DNA of 62,371 nt, the filler included. It is 3 parts of 3 records of this genome, joined end to end, with 100 filler letters (N's around TTAATTAATTAA, not from the genome) between each part and the next. Parts side by side here need not be neighbours in the genome. Positions count along the whole stretch, not along the records: positions 1 to 26,168 come from SRR20825006_2701; 2 more parts are not named here. One strand, 5' to 3'. Made by a program: the position numbers and the translations under genes. The stretch's first letter is position 1. Each line of letters begins with the position of its first letter. Positions 1-10,106 of the stretch are shown in pieces. The notes beneath the pieces are model-generated. The model searched no databases and was not told where the DNA came from. It was given only the letters and a program-made list of their open reading frames with translations.

Positions 1-26
1 CTCGTCCCCTGGAAGGGAACTCCTAC
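1..26 (-). repeat. GTAG-family REP-like element
   Basis: Minus strand reads GTAG-GAG-TTCCC-ttcca-GGGGA-CGAG; a related copy lies at 11213-11237. Confidence 0.6.
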
Positions 27-61
27 AGCGTTTTCGTCGGTTTTCGAGAGCCAACAAAATT

Positions 62-94
62 GAAAAAGCCCCGACCAACTGGCCGGGGCTTTTC
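62..94. terminator. Intrinsic (bidirectional) terminator downstream of amtB
   Basis: GAAAAAGCCCCG...CGGGGCTTTTC hairpin with A and T tails. Confidence 0.8.
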
Positions 95-130
95 GTGTTG
101 CATGACGCGTGTTGCTTTTTGCGTCTCTTA

Positions 131-1378
131 TTAACCCTTCACAAACTCAGGGTAGGCTTCCATACCGCAGTCTGCGATATCCATGCCTTCGTACTCTTCT
201 TCTTCGCTGACGCGGATACCCATTACCACTTTCAGGATACCCCACACCACCAGGCTTGCGACGAACACCCAGGTGAAGATGGTCACAGCACCGATCAGCT
301 GGCCAGAGAAGCTGGCGCCACCGTCATCGGTCAGCGGGTTAGTTACCGGCACCAGCATCAGGCCCAGGAAACCAACCACACCGTGTACGGAGATCGCACC
401 TACCGGATCATCGATCTTCAGCTTGTCCAGAGTCAGGATGCTGAATACCACCAGCACACCACCCAGGGCACCGAACAGGGTCGCCTGCAGGGCAGTCGGT
501 GTAGAGGGCTCGGCGGTGATCGCTACCAGGCCAGCCAGGGCGCCGTTAAGCAGCATGGTCAGGTCGGCTTTGCCGAACAGGATACGGCCAACGATCAGCG
601 CAGCAATGGCACCACCAGCAGCAGCGGCGTTCGTGTTCATGAATACAACCGCAACCGAGTTGGAGTCGCCCACACTGGACGTTGCCAGCACAGAGCCACC
701 GTTAAAGCCGAACCAGCCCAACCACAGGATGAAGGTACCCAGTGCCGCCAGCGGCAGGTTGGAACCCGGGATAGCGTGCACTTCACCGTTCGGGCCGTAC
801 TTGCCTTTACGAGCACCCAGCAACAGCACACCAGCCAGGGCAGCAGCAGCACCCGCCATGTGTACGATGCCGGAACCGGCGAAGTCAGAGAAGCCCAGAT
901 CGCCCAGGTTATACAGGCCGAAGACATCCGCACCGCCCCAGGTCCAGGACCCTTCCAGCGGGTAGATAACACCGGTCATCACGACCGCAAAGACCAGGAA
1001 TGCCCACAACTTCATCCGTTCTGCCACAGCACCGGATACGATGGACATGGCGGTTGCCACAAACACAACCTGGAAGAAGAAGTCCGCAGAAGGCGCGTAG
1101 GTCGCCGCTTCTTCTGCACCGGCAACACCGTCACCCACAATCCCGGACAGGAAGATGGCGCCGTCGTACATGATGGCGTAACCGCATACCATGTACATGG
1201 TGCTGGCAATGGCAAACAAGGCCACGTTCTTGGTGAGAATTTCGGTGGTGTTTTTAGCACGCACCAGGCCCGCTTCAAGCATGGCAAAACCTGCCGCCAT
1301 CCACATGACCAACGCGCCACAAATCAGGAAATAAAATGTATCCAGCGCGTATTTCAGTTCAAAAATTTGGTTTTCCAC
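131..1378 (-). CDS. amtB: Ammonium transporter AmtB
   Basis: GFAMLEAG, FFQVVF, GAVAER, DFAGSGIVH, WFGFNGGS, DDPVGAISVHG motifs; downstream of glnK; GTG start. Confidence 0.97.
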   Translation of the reverse strand: MENQIFELKYALDTFYFLICGALVMWMAAGFAMLEAGLVRAKNTTEILTKNVALFAIASTMYMVCGYAIMYDGAIFLSGIVGDGVAGAEEAATYAPSADFFFQVVFVATAMSIVSGAVAERMKLWAFLVFAVVMTGVIYPLEGSWTWGGADVFGLYNLGDLGFSDFAGSGIVHMAGAAAALAGVLLLGARKGKYGPNGEVHAIPGSNLPLAALGTFILWLGWFGFNGGSVLATSSVGDSNSVAVVFMNTNAAAAGGAIAALIVGRILFGKADLTMLLNGALAGLVAITAEPSTPTALQATLFGALGGVLVVFSILTLDKLKIDDPVGAISVHGVVGFLGLMLVPVTNPLTDDGGASFSGQLIGAVTIFTWVFVASLVVWGILKVVMGIRVSEEEEYEGMDIADCGMEAYPEFVKG

Positions 1379-1451
1379 AATGCAACCCTCCGAAAATGGA
1401 AGCGTGTTTTCCTAAAGCCCTGGCATGGGTCAATTCAAAACACGGTAAAAC

Positions 1452-1943
<492 letters not shown>

Positions 1944-1973
1944 TCACAGTCCGGATTCAACATCCAGACCGAG

Positions 1974-2020
1974 CGCGCCATTATAGCGCACCACAATGGG
2001 GCGAGTTCCAAGTTGGTGCA
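1974..2020. promoter_or_regulatory. Cluster of NtrC-like binding sites
   Basis: CGCGCC-N5-AGCGCA, CGCACC-N5-GGGGCG and AGTTCC-N5-GGTGCA resemble TGCACC-N5-GGTGCA; 65-110 bp upstream of the sigma54 site. Confidence 0.7.
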
Positions 2021-2102
2021 GAACCTCTGCCCGGCGCCACCCGGTGCCTCGCCCCCGCACACCGTGCTACCATCCGCGCATCATTACAAGGACGCCGTTG
2101 TC

Positions 2103-2351
2103 ATGCCCGATCAGCCTTTTATCGACCGCCTTATGGCCGACATCAGCCGCCGCCTGCCCACCGACCTGGGTGGCCTGCGCAGCGAAGTGGAACGCAACGT
2201 GCGCAGTGTGCTGGCCGAAACGGTCAGCCGGCTGGATCTCATTACCCGGGAAGAGTTTGATATCCAGCAGCAAGTACTGCTGCGCACCCGGGAAAAACTG
2301 GAAGCGCTGGAGAAACAGGTGGCCGAGCTGGAAAAGTCAGCAGACGCCTGA
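2103..2351 (+). CDS. ubiK: Ubiquinone biosynthesis accessory factor UbiK (YqiC/BMFP family)
   Basis: LDLITREEFDIQQQVLLRTREKLEALE signature; conserved glnK-ubiK-comM order. Confidence 0.92.
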   Translation: MPDQPFIDRLMADISRRLPTDLGGLRSEVERNVRSVLAETVSRLDLITREEFDIQQQVLLRTREKLEALEKQVAELEKSADA

Positions 2352-2388
2352 CCAGCCCCTGCGCCTGCCGAACCCTCACTGCCAAAAA

Positions 2389-2453
2389 ACGAGAAACGAG
2401 TGACGAGTATCGAAAAACAAACCCACCCCGGGTTTTCGCTTCTCGCTTCTCGT
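2389..2453. repeat. Inverted heptamer-array hairpin (ACGAGAA-type units)
   Basis: ACGAGAA ACGAGTG ACGAGTA TCGAAAAAC faces GTTTTCG CTTCTCG CTTCTCGT. Confidence 0.6.
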
Positions 2454-2589
2454 AACTAACCAAGCCTGATCGTCGTAACGCCCCCTACAGACAGTCCGAT
2501 TTCCTACGTCTGCCGCCACCAACCTCGCACAGATACGTAGGCCCTCCCACCGTACACTGCCTCACAACCCATTGAATTTGTGAGGAAAC

Positions 2590-4077
2590 GTGACGCATGC
2601 GCTGCTATACAGCCGGGCACCGGTAGGCATTGAAGCCCGCACCGTACGAGTAGAAACCCATCTGGCGCCGGGCCTGCCCGCATTCACTATCGTTGGATTG
2701 GGTGATACCGCGGTTCGCGAAAGCCGCGATCGGGTCCGCTCCGCGCTGGTTAACAGCGGTTTCGATTTTCCCCAGAGGCGCATCACCGTGAGCCTGGCCC
2801 CGGCGGATTTGCCCAAAGATGGCGGGCGTTTTGATCTGGCTATTGCACTGGGCATCCTGATAGCCAGTGGGCAACTAGGCAACATCACCACCGACAACTA
2901 CGAGTTTGTTGGCGAACTGTCGCTGAACGGCCAGCTCAATCCCGTTTCCGGCATGCTGCCTTCCTCCCTTGCCTGTCTGGCGGAAGATCGCACTCTCGTG
3001 GTTGCCATTGATAACGCCGAAGAAGCCAGCCTCCCCGGCACTTCGACCCTCGCCGCCGACCAGCTAGCCCGGGTCGCGGCCCATCTCACAGGCCAGCAGC
3101 GCCTGGAACCCCATCAGTGTCAGCCGCCTGCCAACCTGCGCCACCAGGGCGGCTGCCTGTCGGAAATTCGAGGTCAGCAAACCGCCAAACGAGTGCTGGA
3201 AATTGCCGCAGCGGGCGGACACTCCCTGCTTTTATGCGGGCCTCCCGGTGCCGGGAAGAGCATGCTGGCCTCGCGCCTGCCCGGGCTTATGCCGCCCATG
3301 CGCACGGCCCAGGCTCTGGAAGTTGCAGCCATTCATTCACTCAAACAGCCGCGTAACAGCCAATTGTTCTATCAACGCCCTTACCGGGCACCGCACCATA
3401 CCTCCTCGGCAACAGCCTTGGTCGGCGGCGGCAGTTACCCGCGGCCCGGGGAAATTTCCCTGGCCCATCACGGCATCCTGTTTCTCGATGAACTGCCGGA
3501 GTTCGACCGCAAAGTACTGGAAGTCATGCGTGAGCCACTGGAAACCGGTGAAGTCAGCATTGCCCGCGCCGCCCAGCAACTCACCTTTCCCGCCCGCTTT
3601 CAGTTGGTGGCCGCCATGAACCCCTGCCCCTGTGGATATCTGGGGGATCCGGAAAAGAGCTGCGGTTATCGATGCGAAAAAGCCAAACGCTATCAGGGCA
3701 AGCTGTCCGGCCCATTACTGGACCGCATTGACCTGCATCTGGATGTGCCCGCCGTTGAGGCAAGGGAGCTGCTGGGTGACAAGGAAGGGGAAACCAGCGA
3801 AGCCGTAGCCCAACGGGTGCGCCATGCATGGAAACAACAATGGCACCGGCAACAGCGACTGAACCGGGAACTGGGCAGCGACAAACTGGAACCGATGCTG
3901 CGCCGGCACCGGGACTGGCTGGCGGGGGTCATGAACCGGCTGGGTTTATCGGCCCGTTCCCTGCATCGTAGCGCGCGGGTCGCCCGCACCATTGCCGATC
4001 TGGATAACAGTCCAGAGGTGGAGCGGGACCACCTTCGCGAGGCGCTAAGCTACAGACAAAATGTGCAGCAGGGCTGA
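2590..4077 (+). CDS. comM: YifB/ComM Mg-chelatase-like AAA+ ATPase
   Basis: VRESRDRVRSAL, LAPADLPK, GPPGAGKS Walker A, PYRAPHH, LFLDELPEF, AMNPCPCG. Confidence 0.95.
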   Translation: MTHALLYSRAPVGIEARTVRVETHLAPGLPAFTIVGLGDTAVRESRDRVRSALVNSGFDFPQRRITVSLAPADLPKDGGRFDLAIALGILIASGQLGNITTDNYEFVGELSLNGQLNPVSGMLPSSLACLAEDRTLVVAIDNAEEASLPGTSTLAADQLARVAAHLTGQQRLEPHQCQPPANLRHQGGCLSEIRGQQTAKRVLEIAAAGGHSLLLCGPPGAGKSMLASRLPGLMPPMRTAQALEVAAIHSLKQPRNSQLFYQRPYRAPHHTSSATALVGGGSYPRPGEISLAHHGILFLDELPEFDRKVLEVMREPLETGEVSIARAAQQLTFPARFQLVAAMNPCPCGYLGDPEKSCGYRCEKAKRYQGKLSGPLLDRIDLHLDVPAVEARELLGDKEGETSEAVAQRVRHAWKQQWHRQQRLNRELGSDKLEPMLRRHRDWLAGVMNRLGLSARSLHRSARVARTIADLDNSPEVERDHLREALSYRQNVQQG

Positions 4078-4179
4078 CACTGCCCTTTACCTGAAGCCTG
4101 CTTGCAAGGCCAAGGGGCATACCTTGCGACAACCTGCCCCCATTCTTTTGCGACAGGAAAGAAGGCACAACCCGCAACG

Positions 4180-4806
4180 TTACTGAACCTGCAACTCGAC
4201 ACGTCGATCCTGCCGATAGCAGGCTTTCAATTCATCAGCCGATACCGACTGACAGCGCGATCCGGAAACCGCCGTGTCTTCGCCGTGCCCTTCCACCTGT
4301 AGCGTGGCAATGCTGCCGCCCTGTTCTTTCCACCAGGTGGCTACCGCCTGTGCCCGCTGGTCGGCCAGATGCTGGTTATAGGCGGTACCGCCCAAAGGAT
4401 CACTGTAGCCATTCACTGCCACCACCGGTCCCTCAAGGCTTGCCACATTCTGATACCAAGCTTTCAGCGCGATCCGGCTTTCGTCAGTCAGGACGGCGGA
4501 GTCAAACGCAAAGGTCACCCGTAACCGTTCCGGTGCCACCGTGTCTGGCGCCACTTTTTTTGTTGATGCCTCACTCTTCACTACCACCACCGGCTCTCCG
4601 GTGAGCGCCACATCGCATTCCGGCACCGCCTTGTCTTCGGTCCAGTCCGCCGTCCGCCAGCAATTGCCGTCGGTGGTTTTTAACAACGCCCCCTTACCGT
4701 CGGTGCGATATCCCGGCCAGGCATCATCAGGCGCCTTGCCCGCGCAGCCGCCCAGAAAGAGACCGACACAGCCAGCCGCTACGGCCAACATATTGCATTT
4801 TTTCAT
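4180..4806 (-). CDS. OmpA-family (RmpM-like) lipoprotein
   Basis: Lipobox LGGC; GNCWRT...PECD N-terminal motif; C-terminal FAFDS, GYSDPLG, NQHLADQRAQAV, DRRVE. Confidence 0.85.
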   Translation of the reverse strand: MKKCNMLAVAAGCVGLFLGGCAGKAPDDAWPGYRTDGKGALLKTTDGNCWRTADWTEDKAVPECDVALTGEPVVVVKSEASTKKVAPDTVAPERLRVTFAFDSAVLTDESRIALKAWYQNVASLEGPVVAVNGYSDPLGGTAYNQHLADQRAQAVATWWKEQGGSIATLQVEGHGEDTAVSGSRCQSVSADELKACYRQDRRVELQVQ

Positions 4807-4816
4807 GGTTAATTCC

Positions 4817-7800
4817 TTACCAGGTCAGGTTGGCACTGAGCAGCCCACCGTGGCTTTCGGTATCCCCACCAAAGCGCCCGCGGTATCCCAGCCATAGAGA
4901 AAAGTCGTCGGTCATGAACCATTCAGCGCCGGCATTGGCGGCCAGTTGGGTGTCGTCCTGGTCCGCGCCGTACACCGTGAAGCCCTGTTGAGCACCGGCA
5001 AAGCGAGCGGTCTGTTCTGTCTGGGTATCGCCAAAGGGTTGCACCACCGCCAACCCGCCTTCTGCCACCAGCCAGTCGCCCCCCACCACAAAGGCGCGGG
5101 ACAGGTCCGCCCCCAGCCAGGCTTCGCCACTGTTTAGCTCACTGTCGTCCACAGTCAGGCCGGCGATGCCGCCGCCAGTTTCGCGAAAGCCGTCCCGCTC
5201 GATACGGGTCATGGAAACCATCGCGTAGGGATGCAGACCATTTTCCCCCCAGGCCAGGTCCCAACCGGATTCCAGCGCCACCCGCAGGGCATCCACGCTG
5301 CTGTCCGATTCCGCCGGTACCCCCATGACAATGCGCTGCTGGGACACATCGCTGCTGCCATAACTCAGATCGCCGCGCAGGAACCAGGCCCCCGCACTGC
5401 TCCAGCGGCCATACAGGCCAGCAAACCACGAGGACACATCACCATCGGCCTGACGATTGTCGTAATCCAACGTGCCATCCGCACTGCCCGCTGCAACACC
5501 TAGCAGCCAGTGATCCCACTGATGATCGACACCCAGTGCTAGCTGGTCTCCCCGGAAAGCATAGGCTGCATTGCCGATATCTCCCTGGCTATCTTCTTCA
5601 AAGCGGGAGGACTGGGCCTGCACCCAGACACCGTTGCGTTTGCCCACCGCACCGTCGCCCGCGGCCGGAGCCACCGGGCCGGCTGCGGCGGCCTGCGCAT
5701 AAGGGTCGGACGGCGCCGCCAGCGCCTGCAACTGCTGCGACAAACGGGCATCCATGCCACCACCAGACTGCCCGCCCACGTTGCGGCCACGCTGGCGCAT
5801 GCCGATGGCGAAGCGCTGCTGCAGCTGCTGCCCGGCCGTCAAACCGGCCAGCAAGCTGTCACCACTAAACGCCTGGAAAGCATCAGCGGCCTGCGCCCTG
5901 CTCATCTGCAACACCTGCCGATAGAGACTGTGCGTCATGGCCATGCCATCCACGTTGTTGGCCACCGCTCGCTGGTTGTCAGTAAGGACAGCACTGGCAA
6001 ACGACTGGTCATTGCGCAGCAATTCCAGCGACGCGGTATTGCTGCCATAACTCAACACCGGGTTCAGAAACGCATAACTGGAGCTCACGTCATCAAACTG
6101 GCCATTGATTCCCCCGGCCGCATTGAGAAAGGTATAGGTACTAAAGGGCAGATAGGTACCGTCGTTGCCCACATGCAACACAGACCCTGCCAGATTCGCC
6201 TGCCCGCTGACCTCGATTCGGTCGCTGCTGGTGCTGGCCGGATCCACTTCCAGTGCCAGCTGGCTGCCGCTGTTGAAGGTCAGGTCGCCGTTGACATTCA
6301 AGGTGCCTATGGAGTTGCCCGCGGCCAACGTACCGCCGGACTCGATGGTGGTATCACCCACCTGGCCGGTACCGCCGAGCACGGCGTTGTTTTCTACAGT
6401 AAAGGCACTGTTGCTCCAGTTGCTGTTGGCATTGAGCCGCCCCTGCTGAATCACCGTGTTGCCCGTGAAGGCGGTGGCATCCTGGGCCAGAGAAACTTCA
6501 CCACTGCCGGTTTTTTGCAGATCACCGCTGCCTGTTAGTACGTTGTCGAACACCCCATCTGCGGTTTGATCCAGCACCAGAAGAGTCCGGCTCCAGATGG
6601 CAGCGCTGCCAAAGGAATCCGTGTCACCGATCAAGGTACCGTTAAACAGGCCGAAATCGCCGTCAAAAAGGGCATTGTTGCCAGTCAGGCGAACCTCGCC
6701 CCCGCCGCTCATACTGATCGAGCCGGAGCCGAACAGGTCATTGCCCAGCTCGGCTTGCCCGGCATCCAGCAGCACAAGATCAGCGTTATTCTCGATGAAA
6801 CCGGAGCCCAATGCGCTGACCTCACCCTGCACAATGCCGCCGACAATCATTAGGCCGCCGGAGAAATCATTGTTGCCTTCCAGGTCCAAGGCCCCGTGGC
6901 CCTTCACAATTAGCGCCCCGGTACCGCTCAGGTCGCTACGGATAGTCGCATTCTCATACATCAAGAGGGTGCCGCCCTGGCTGCCCAGTGCCAGTTGATA
7001 ACGATTGAAGAGGTCTATCATTCCTGGCCCCTCTACATGGAACGCACCGCCATCCAGGACAAGGCGGTTACTGGCATCCCCCAACGCGTCATACTTCACG
7101 CTACGCAAGGTGCCTGCAGCGATAACGGTGTCTCCGACGTAGTCGTTGCTGCCCCCCAGTACCAGCGTGCCTTCTCCGGTTTTCATCAAGCCGTTGCTGC
7201 CACTGATCACACTGTAGATGGCGGCCTCATAGCCACTACTGGCCGCACTGCCATCGCCAACACGGATCTCACCGTCCGCACCGGTCAGCGTGAGGCCATC
7301 ACCTATCACGTTGTAGCCATCACTGGCAAACTGCAGACCGTCGGCTTCCACCGCGCCATCCGCATCAGATATCGTTACGGTGCCGGCATCCCCCGCGAAG
7401 ATGGCAAAGCCCGGGCGGGGGATCATGGGGCCGGTGGCCGCGCCGGTGGCATCGGTCCAGACGGCATTGGTGGCCGTCCAGGTGCCATCCCCGCCGCCCT
7501 GGGTGGTACCGCTGGCCAGGCCATTGGCGTTCCAGAAGTTCAGCGTCAGGCCGCCAGTATTGAGCAGGTTGATCTGCTGGTTGCCGGACAGGTATTGCAG
7601 GCTGAGCGACGGATCCGGGTTGGCCAGTTGCAGGCCGCCGTTGCTTTCGGAGAAGGTGCCTGTGTAATCGAACAGGCGATACAGCCCCGGGCCGAAACTG
7701 CCGGTGTCGTTCAGGGCAAGCGTGGCGCCATTGATGGCCAGATCGCCGTTGACGGTCACGCTGTCGCTGGTGCCCGGGGTGGCAAAGTCACTGCCCGGCG

Positions 7801-9934
7801 CGCCCATATCAAAATTCAGCAGGCTGCCCTGGGCCAGGGTGAGGTCGCCATTGACGGTCAGGGTACCCAGCCCTTCCCCCGGAGCCAGGGTGCCACCGGA
7901 TTGCACCGTGGTAAGCCCCACCGAGCCACTGCCGCCCAGCAAGCCGCCATCGTTCACGGTAAAGGCCACCCCATTCATGGCGCCGTTCACGAACATGCCT
8001 CCGGCATTCACCGTGGCGTTGCCCGTCATGGAATGATCGGCAGAGAGAATATAATTGCCGGCACCGTTCTTGATCAGGTTGCCGGTGCCAGAGATTATGC
8101 CGTCGTAAAAATAGTCAGTGCCACGATTGATTTCCAGGGTGCCGGGAGTGCCACCAAATAGCACATCCCCCACGATGGAGCCTGTGCTGCCGCCCGTGCC
8201 AAGGGTAAGGTGCGCGCCACTATAAAGAGCCGTCACCCCTGTAAAACCGGTGTGATCTCCCGTCCAGGTAACCTTCCCACCGTTTTTTAAAAAACGCCCC
8301 TCACCCGATATCACCCCATCATACTGAGCGGATCCTGTTACACTATTGGCCGTAATCTGTGTGCCAGCCTCCAGCAAAATATCCCCAACAAAGGGAACAG
8401 CAGAGTTAACTGTTATGTAACCTGACATGATATGCGTCAGGCCGGTGTAAGTCTGTGCATTGCTCTTCTGAATGTCATTCACATTCCAGGTAACACTGCC
8501 GCTACCGATGATTTGCCCTTCATATTCATTAGCAAACCCATCGTCAATCAAAACATGTCCGTCGTTAAGAATATTGCCACCCAGGTTATCGGCGTTCCCC
8601 TGCAGCGTACCCTCTCGTACCCACCAGTCCTGAGGCCTGGTGCCCGTCAACATCCAAGTGCTGGCACCGGTTTTTTCAAAACCTTCAAAACCCTGAAAGG
8701 TGCTTCCCACCCCATTGGTATCAAAGGTGCCATCCACATCGCCCCCCAGCGCCACTACGTCATTGCTGCCATTGGCCAGCACATTGCCGCCCAGGCTGTA
8801 GCCGCTTTCCAGGGTCAGGCGATTGTCACCACTTGCAAAGTGAATCGCCGTGGCTTGGTTAGCCCCGGCATTCACCGTGCCGGCCAGGTTCACCTCAAGG
8901 TTGGAACCGCTGATACCGTAGCCGCCGATGCCATCAGCCCCGGCCGTGCCACCGGCGCCGCCCTGGCCGCCATCACCGCCGGCCAACAGGGCGCCCGCCT
9001 TAATATCCAGGCGCCCATCCTGCAGGGCCAGGAACCCCACCCCGCCATCGCCACCGTCGCCACCAATACCGCCCGCACCGCCGTCGCCGCCTTTACCGCC
9101 AGCGCCACCGACCGCTTCAGACCCGCTGAAAAAGGTATAGTCGTCATCATCGGAGGTGGCCGTCATGCCGACGCCGCCATTGCCCCCGTGGCCGCCGTTG
9201 CCATAAAAGTAATCCGAGTGCCCCCCGGCGCCTCCTGCGCCACCGGCTGAATCAAGCGCGAAGTAAAAGTTACCGTCACCCAGCTCCGTCCCATCGCCCC
9301 CATTACCGCCGTTACCGCCATGACTGAAGGGTCGGGCAGCAATCCCCAGTGTTCCGGGCAGAGTGGGGAAAGTAAGACCCGTGGGCGAAAAAGGCGTGCC
9401 CGTGACATTCAAGATCCGCAGGTCCAGAAAGTTCTGGGCACCATGAATTTCCAGCTGCCCATCGGCTCCAGGGGGAGCAGCATCAATGTGTGTTCTCATC
9501 CCGAAGGGGGCAATGATCTGTTCAATATCCGCTGCCACGTCTTCCAGGGTGTCACCGGTGTTGATGGTGACCCTGTGGGTTGTCCCATCCACGGTGATAG
9601 AGAACTGGTCACCATTGTTGATCCCCGCCAGCGCCGTGAGATCCGTGATATCCGCATCAACCCCTCTCGTCGTTGACACGGCAACGGGCGCACTGCCCGT
9701 GTACACCAGGCTCGCCCCATCCCCACCCTTGCCGCCAATATGCACACCGTCCTGGCCATCCTCGCCATGCCCGCCGGTCACCCCGTCATGGCCGGTGCCA
9801 TCGGCACCATCCGACGCAGACCAGGCAGGCAGAGAGAACAACAACAGCAAAGAAAAAACCGCGCTGGAAACAGGGTAGAATCCAGCGCGGACAAGACAAC
9901 GCCCCCCAATATGGCGCTGAGAAAACTGTGACAT
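4817..9934 (-). CDS. Type Va autotransporter adhesin (~1705 aa) with Gly-rich N-region, PATR repeats and C-terminal beta-barrel
   Basis: Signal peptide ending AWS-A; GGxGGxGG tracts; repeats such as KTGEGTLVLGGSNDYVGDTVIAAGTL; GTLAAGNSIGTL; barrel ending ANLTW; start trimmed to MSQFS to avoid overlap with the divergent gene. Confidence 0.93.
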   Translation of the reverse strand: MSQFSQRHIGGRCLVRAGFYPVSSAVFSLLLLFSLPAWSASDGADGTGHDGVTGGHGEDGQDGVHIGGKGGDGASLVYTGSAPVAVSTTRGVDADITDLTALAGINNGDQFSITVDGTTHRVTINTGDTLEDVAADIEQIIAPFGMRTHIDAAPPGADGQLEIHGAQNFLDLRILNVTGTPFSPTGLTFPTLPGTLGIAARPFSHGGNGGNGGDGTELGDGNFYFALDSAGGAGGAGGHSDYFYGNGGHGGNGGVGMTATSDDDDYTFFSGSEAVGGAGGKGGDGGAGGIGGDGGDGGVGFLALQDGRLDIKAGALLAGGDGGQGGAGGTAGADGIGGYGISGSNLEVNLAGTVNAGANQATAIHFASGDNRLTLESGYSLGGNVLANGSNDVVALGGDVDGTFDTNGVGSTFQGFEGFEKTGASTWMLTGTRPQDWWVREGTLQGNADNLGGNILNDGHVLIDDGFANEYEGQIIGSGSVTWNVNDIQKSNAQTYTGLTHIMSGYITVNSAVPFVGDILLEAGTQITANSVTGSAQYDGVISGEGRFLKNGGKVTWTGDHTGFTGVTALYSGAHLTLGTGGSTGSIVGDVLFGGTPGTLEINRGTDYFYDGIISGTGNLIKNGAGNYILSADHSMTGNATVNAGGMFVNGAMNGVAFTVNDGGLLGGSGSVGLTTVQSGGTLAPGEGLGTLTVNGDLTLAQGSLLNFDMGAPGSDFATPGTSDSVTVNGDLAINGATLALNDTGSFGPGLYRLFDYTGTFSESNGGLQLANPDPSLSLQYLSGNQQINLLNTGGLTLNFWNANGLASGTTQGGGDGTWTATNAVWTDATGAATGPMIPRPGFAIFAGDAGTVTISDADGAVEADGLQFASDGYNVIGDGLTLTGADGEIRVGDGSAASSGYEAAIYSVISGSNGLMKTGEGTLVLGGSNDYVGDTVIAAGTLRSVKYDALGDASNRLVLDGGAFHVEGPGMIDLFNRYQLALGSQGGTLLMYENATIRSDLSGTGALIVKGHGALDLEGNNDFSGGLMIVGGIVQGEVSALGSGFIENNADLVLLDAGQAELGNDLFGSGSISMSGGGEVRLTGNNALFDGDFGLFNGTLIGDTDSFGSAAIWSRTLLVLDQTADGVFDNVLTGSGDLQKTGSGEVSLAQDATAFTGNTVIQQGRLNANSNWSNSAFTVENNAVLGGTGQVGDTTIESGGTLAAGNSIGTLNVNGDLTFNSGSQLALEVDPASTSSDRIEVSGQANLAGSVLHVGNDGTYLPFSTYTFLNAAGGINGQFDDVSSSYAFLNPVLSYGSNTASLELLRNDQSFASAVLTDNQRAVANNVDGMAMTHSLYRQVLQMSRAQAADAFQAFSGDSLLAGLTAGQQLQQRFAIGMRQRGRNVGGQSGGGMDARLSQQLQALAAPSDPYAQAAAAGPVAPAAGDGAVGKRNGVWVQAQSSRFEEDSQGDIGNAAYAFRGDQLALGVDHQWDHWLLGVAAGSADGTLDYDNRQADGDVSSWFAGLYGRWSSAGAWFLRGDLSYGSSDVSQQRIVMGVPAESDSSVDALRVALESGWDLAWGENGLHPYAMVSMTRIERDGFRETGGGIAGLTVDDSELNSGEAWLGADLSRAFVVGGDWLVAEGGLAVVQPFGDTQTEQTARFAGAQQGFTVYGADQDDTQLAANAGAEWFMTDDFSLWLGYRGRFGGDTESHGGLLSANLTW

Positions 9935-10009
9935 GAAGCCCCCGGTACATGATTTTCCACCAATAGCCCTGTAGGGTAGAAGCGGGGCAAGGCAAGAACC
10001 ACGTCTCAC

Positions 10010-10042
10010 TTTTATCACTTTCCGGTGTTTTATCATTTTCCC
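10010..10042. promoter_or_regulatory. Direct repeat, candidate operator for the adjacent AraC regulator
   Basis: TTTTATCACTTTCC and TTTTATCATTTTCC, 18 bp apart, between the divergent autotransporter and araC genes. Confidence 0.5.
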
Positions 10043-10106
10043 GTCCGGCTTCCTGCAAACCGCAACCCACAGCCGGACTGACAATAACAATGCATGACAC
10101 AGGATC

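Noticed and set aside
8900-9320. PE_PGRS-like glycine repeats suggesting mycobacterial origin
   Set aside because: No PE domain; low-complexity Gly tracts occur in proteobacterial autotransporter passengers
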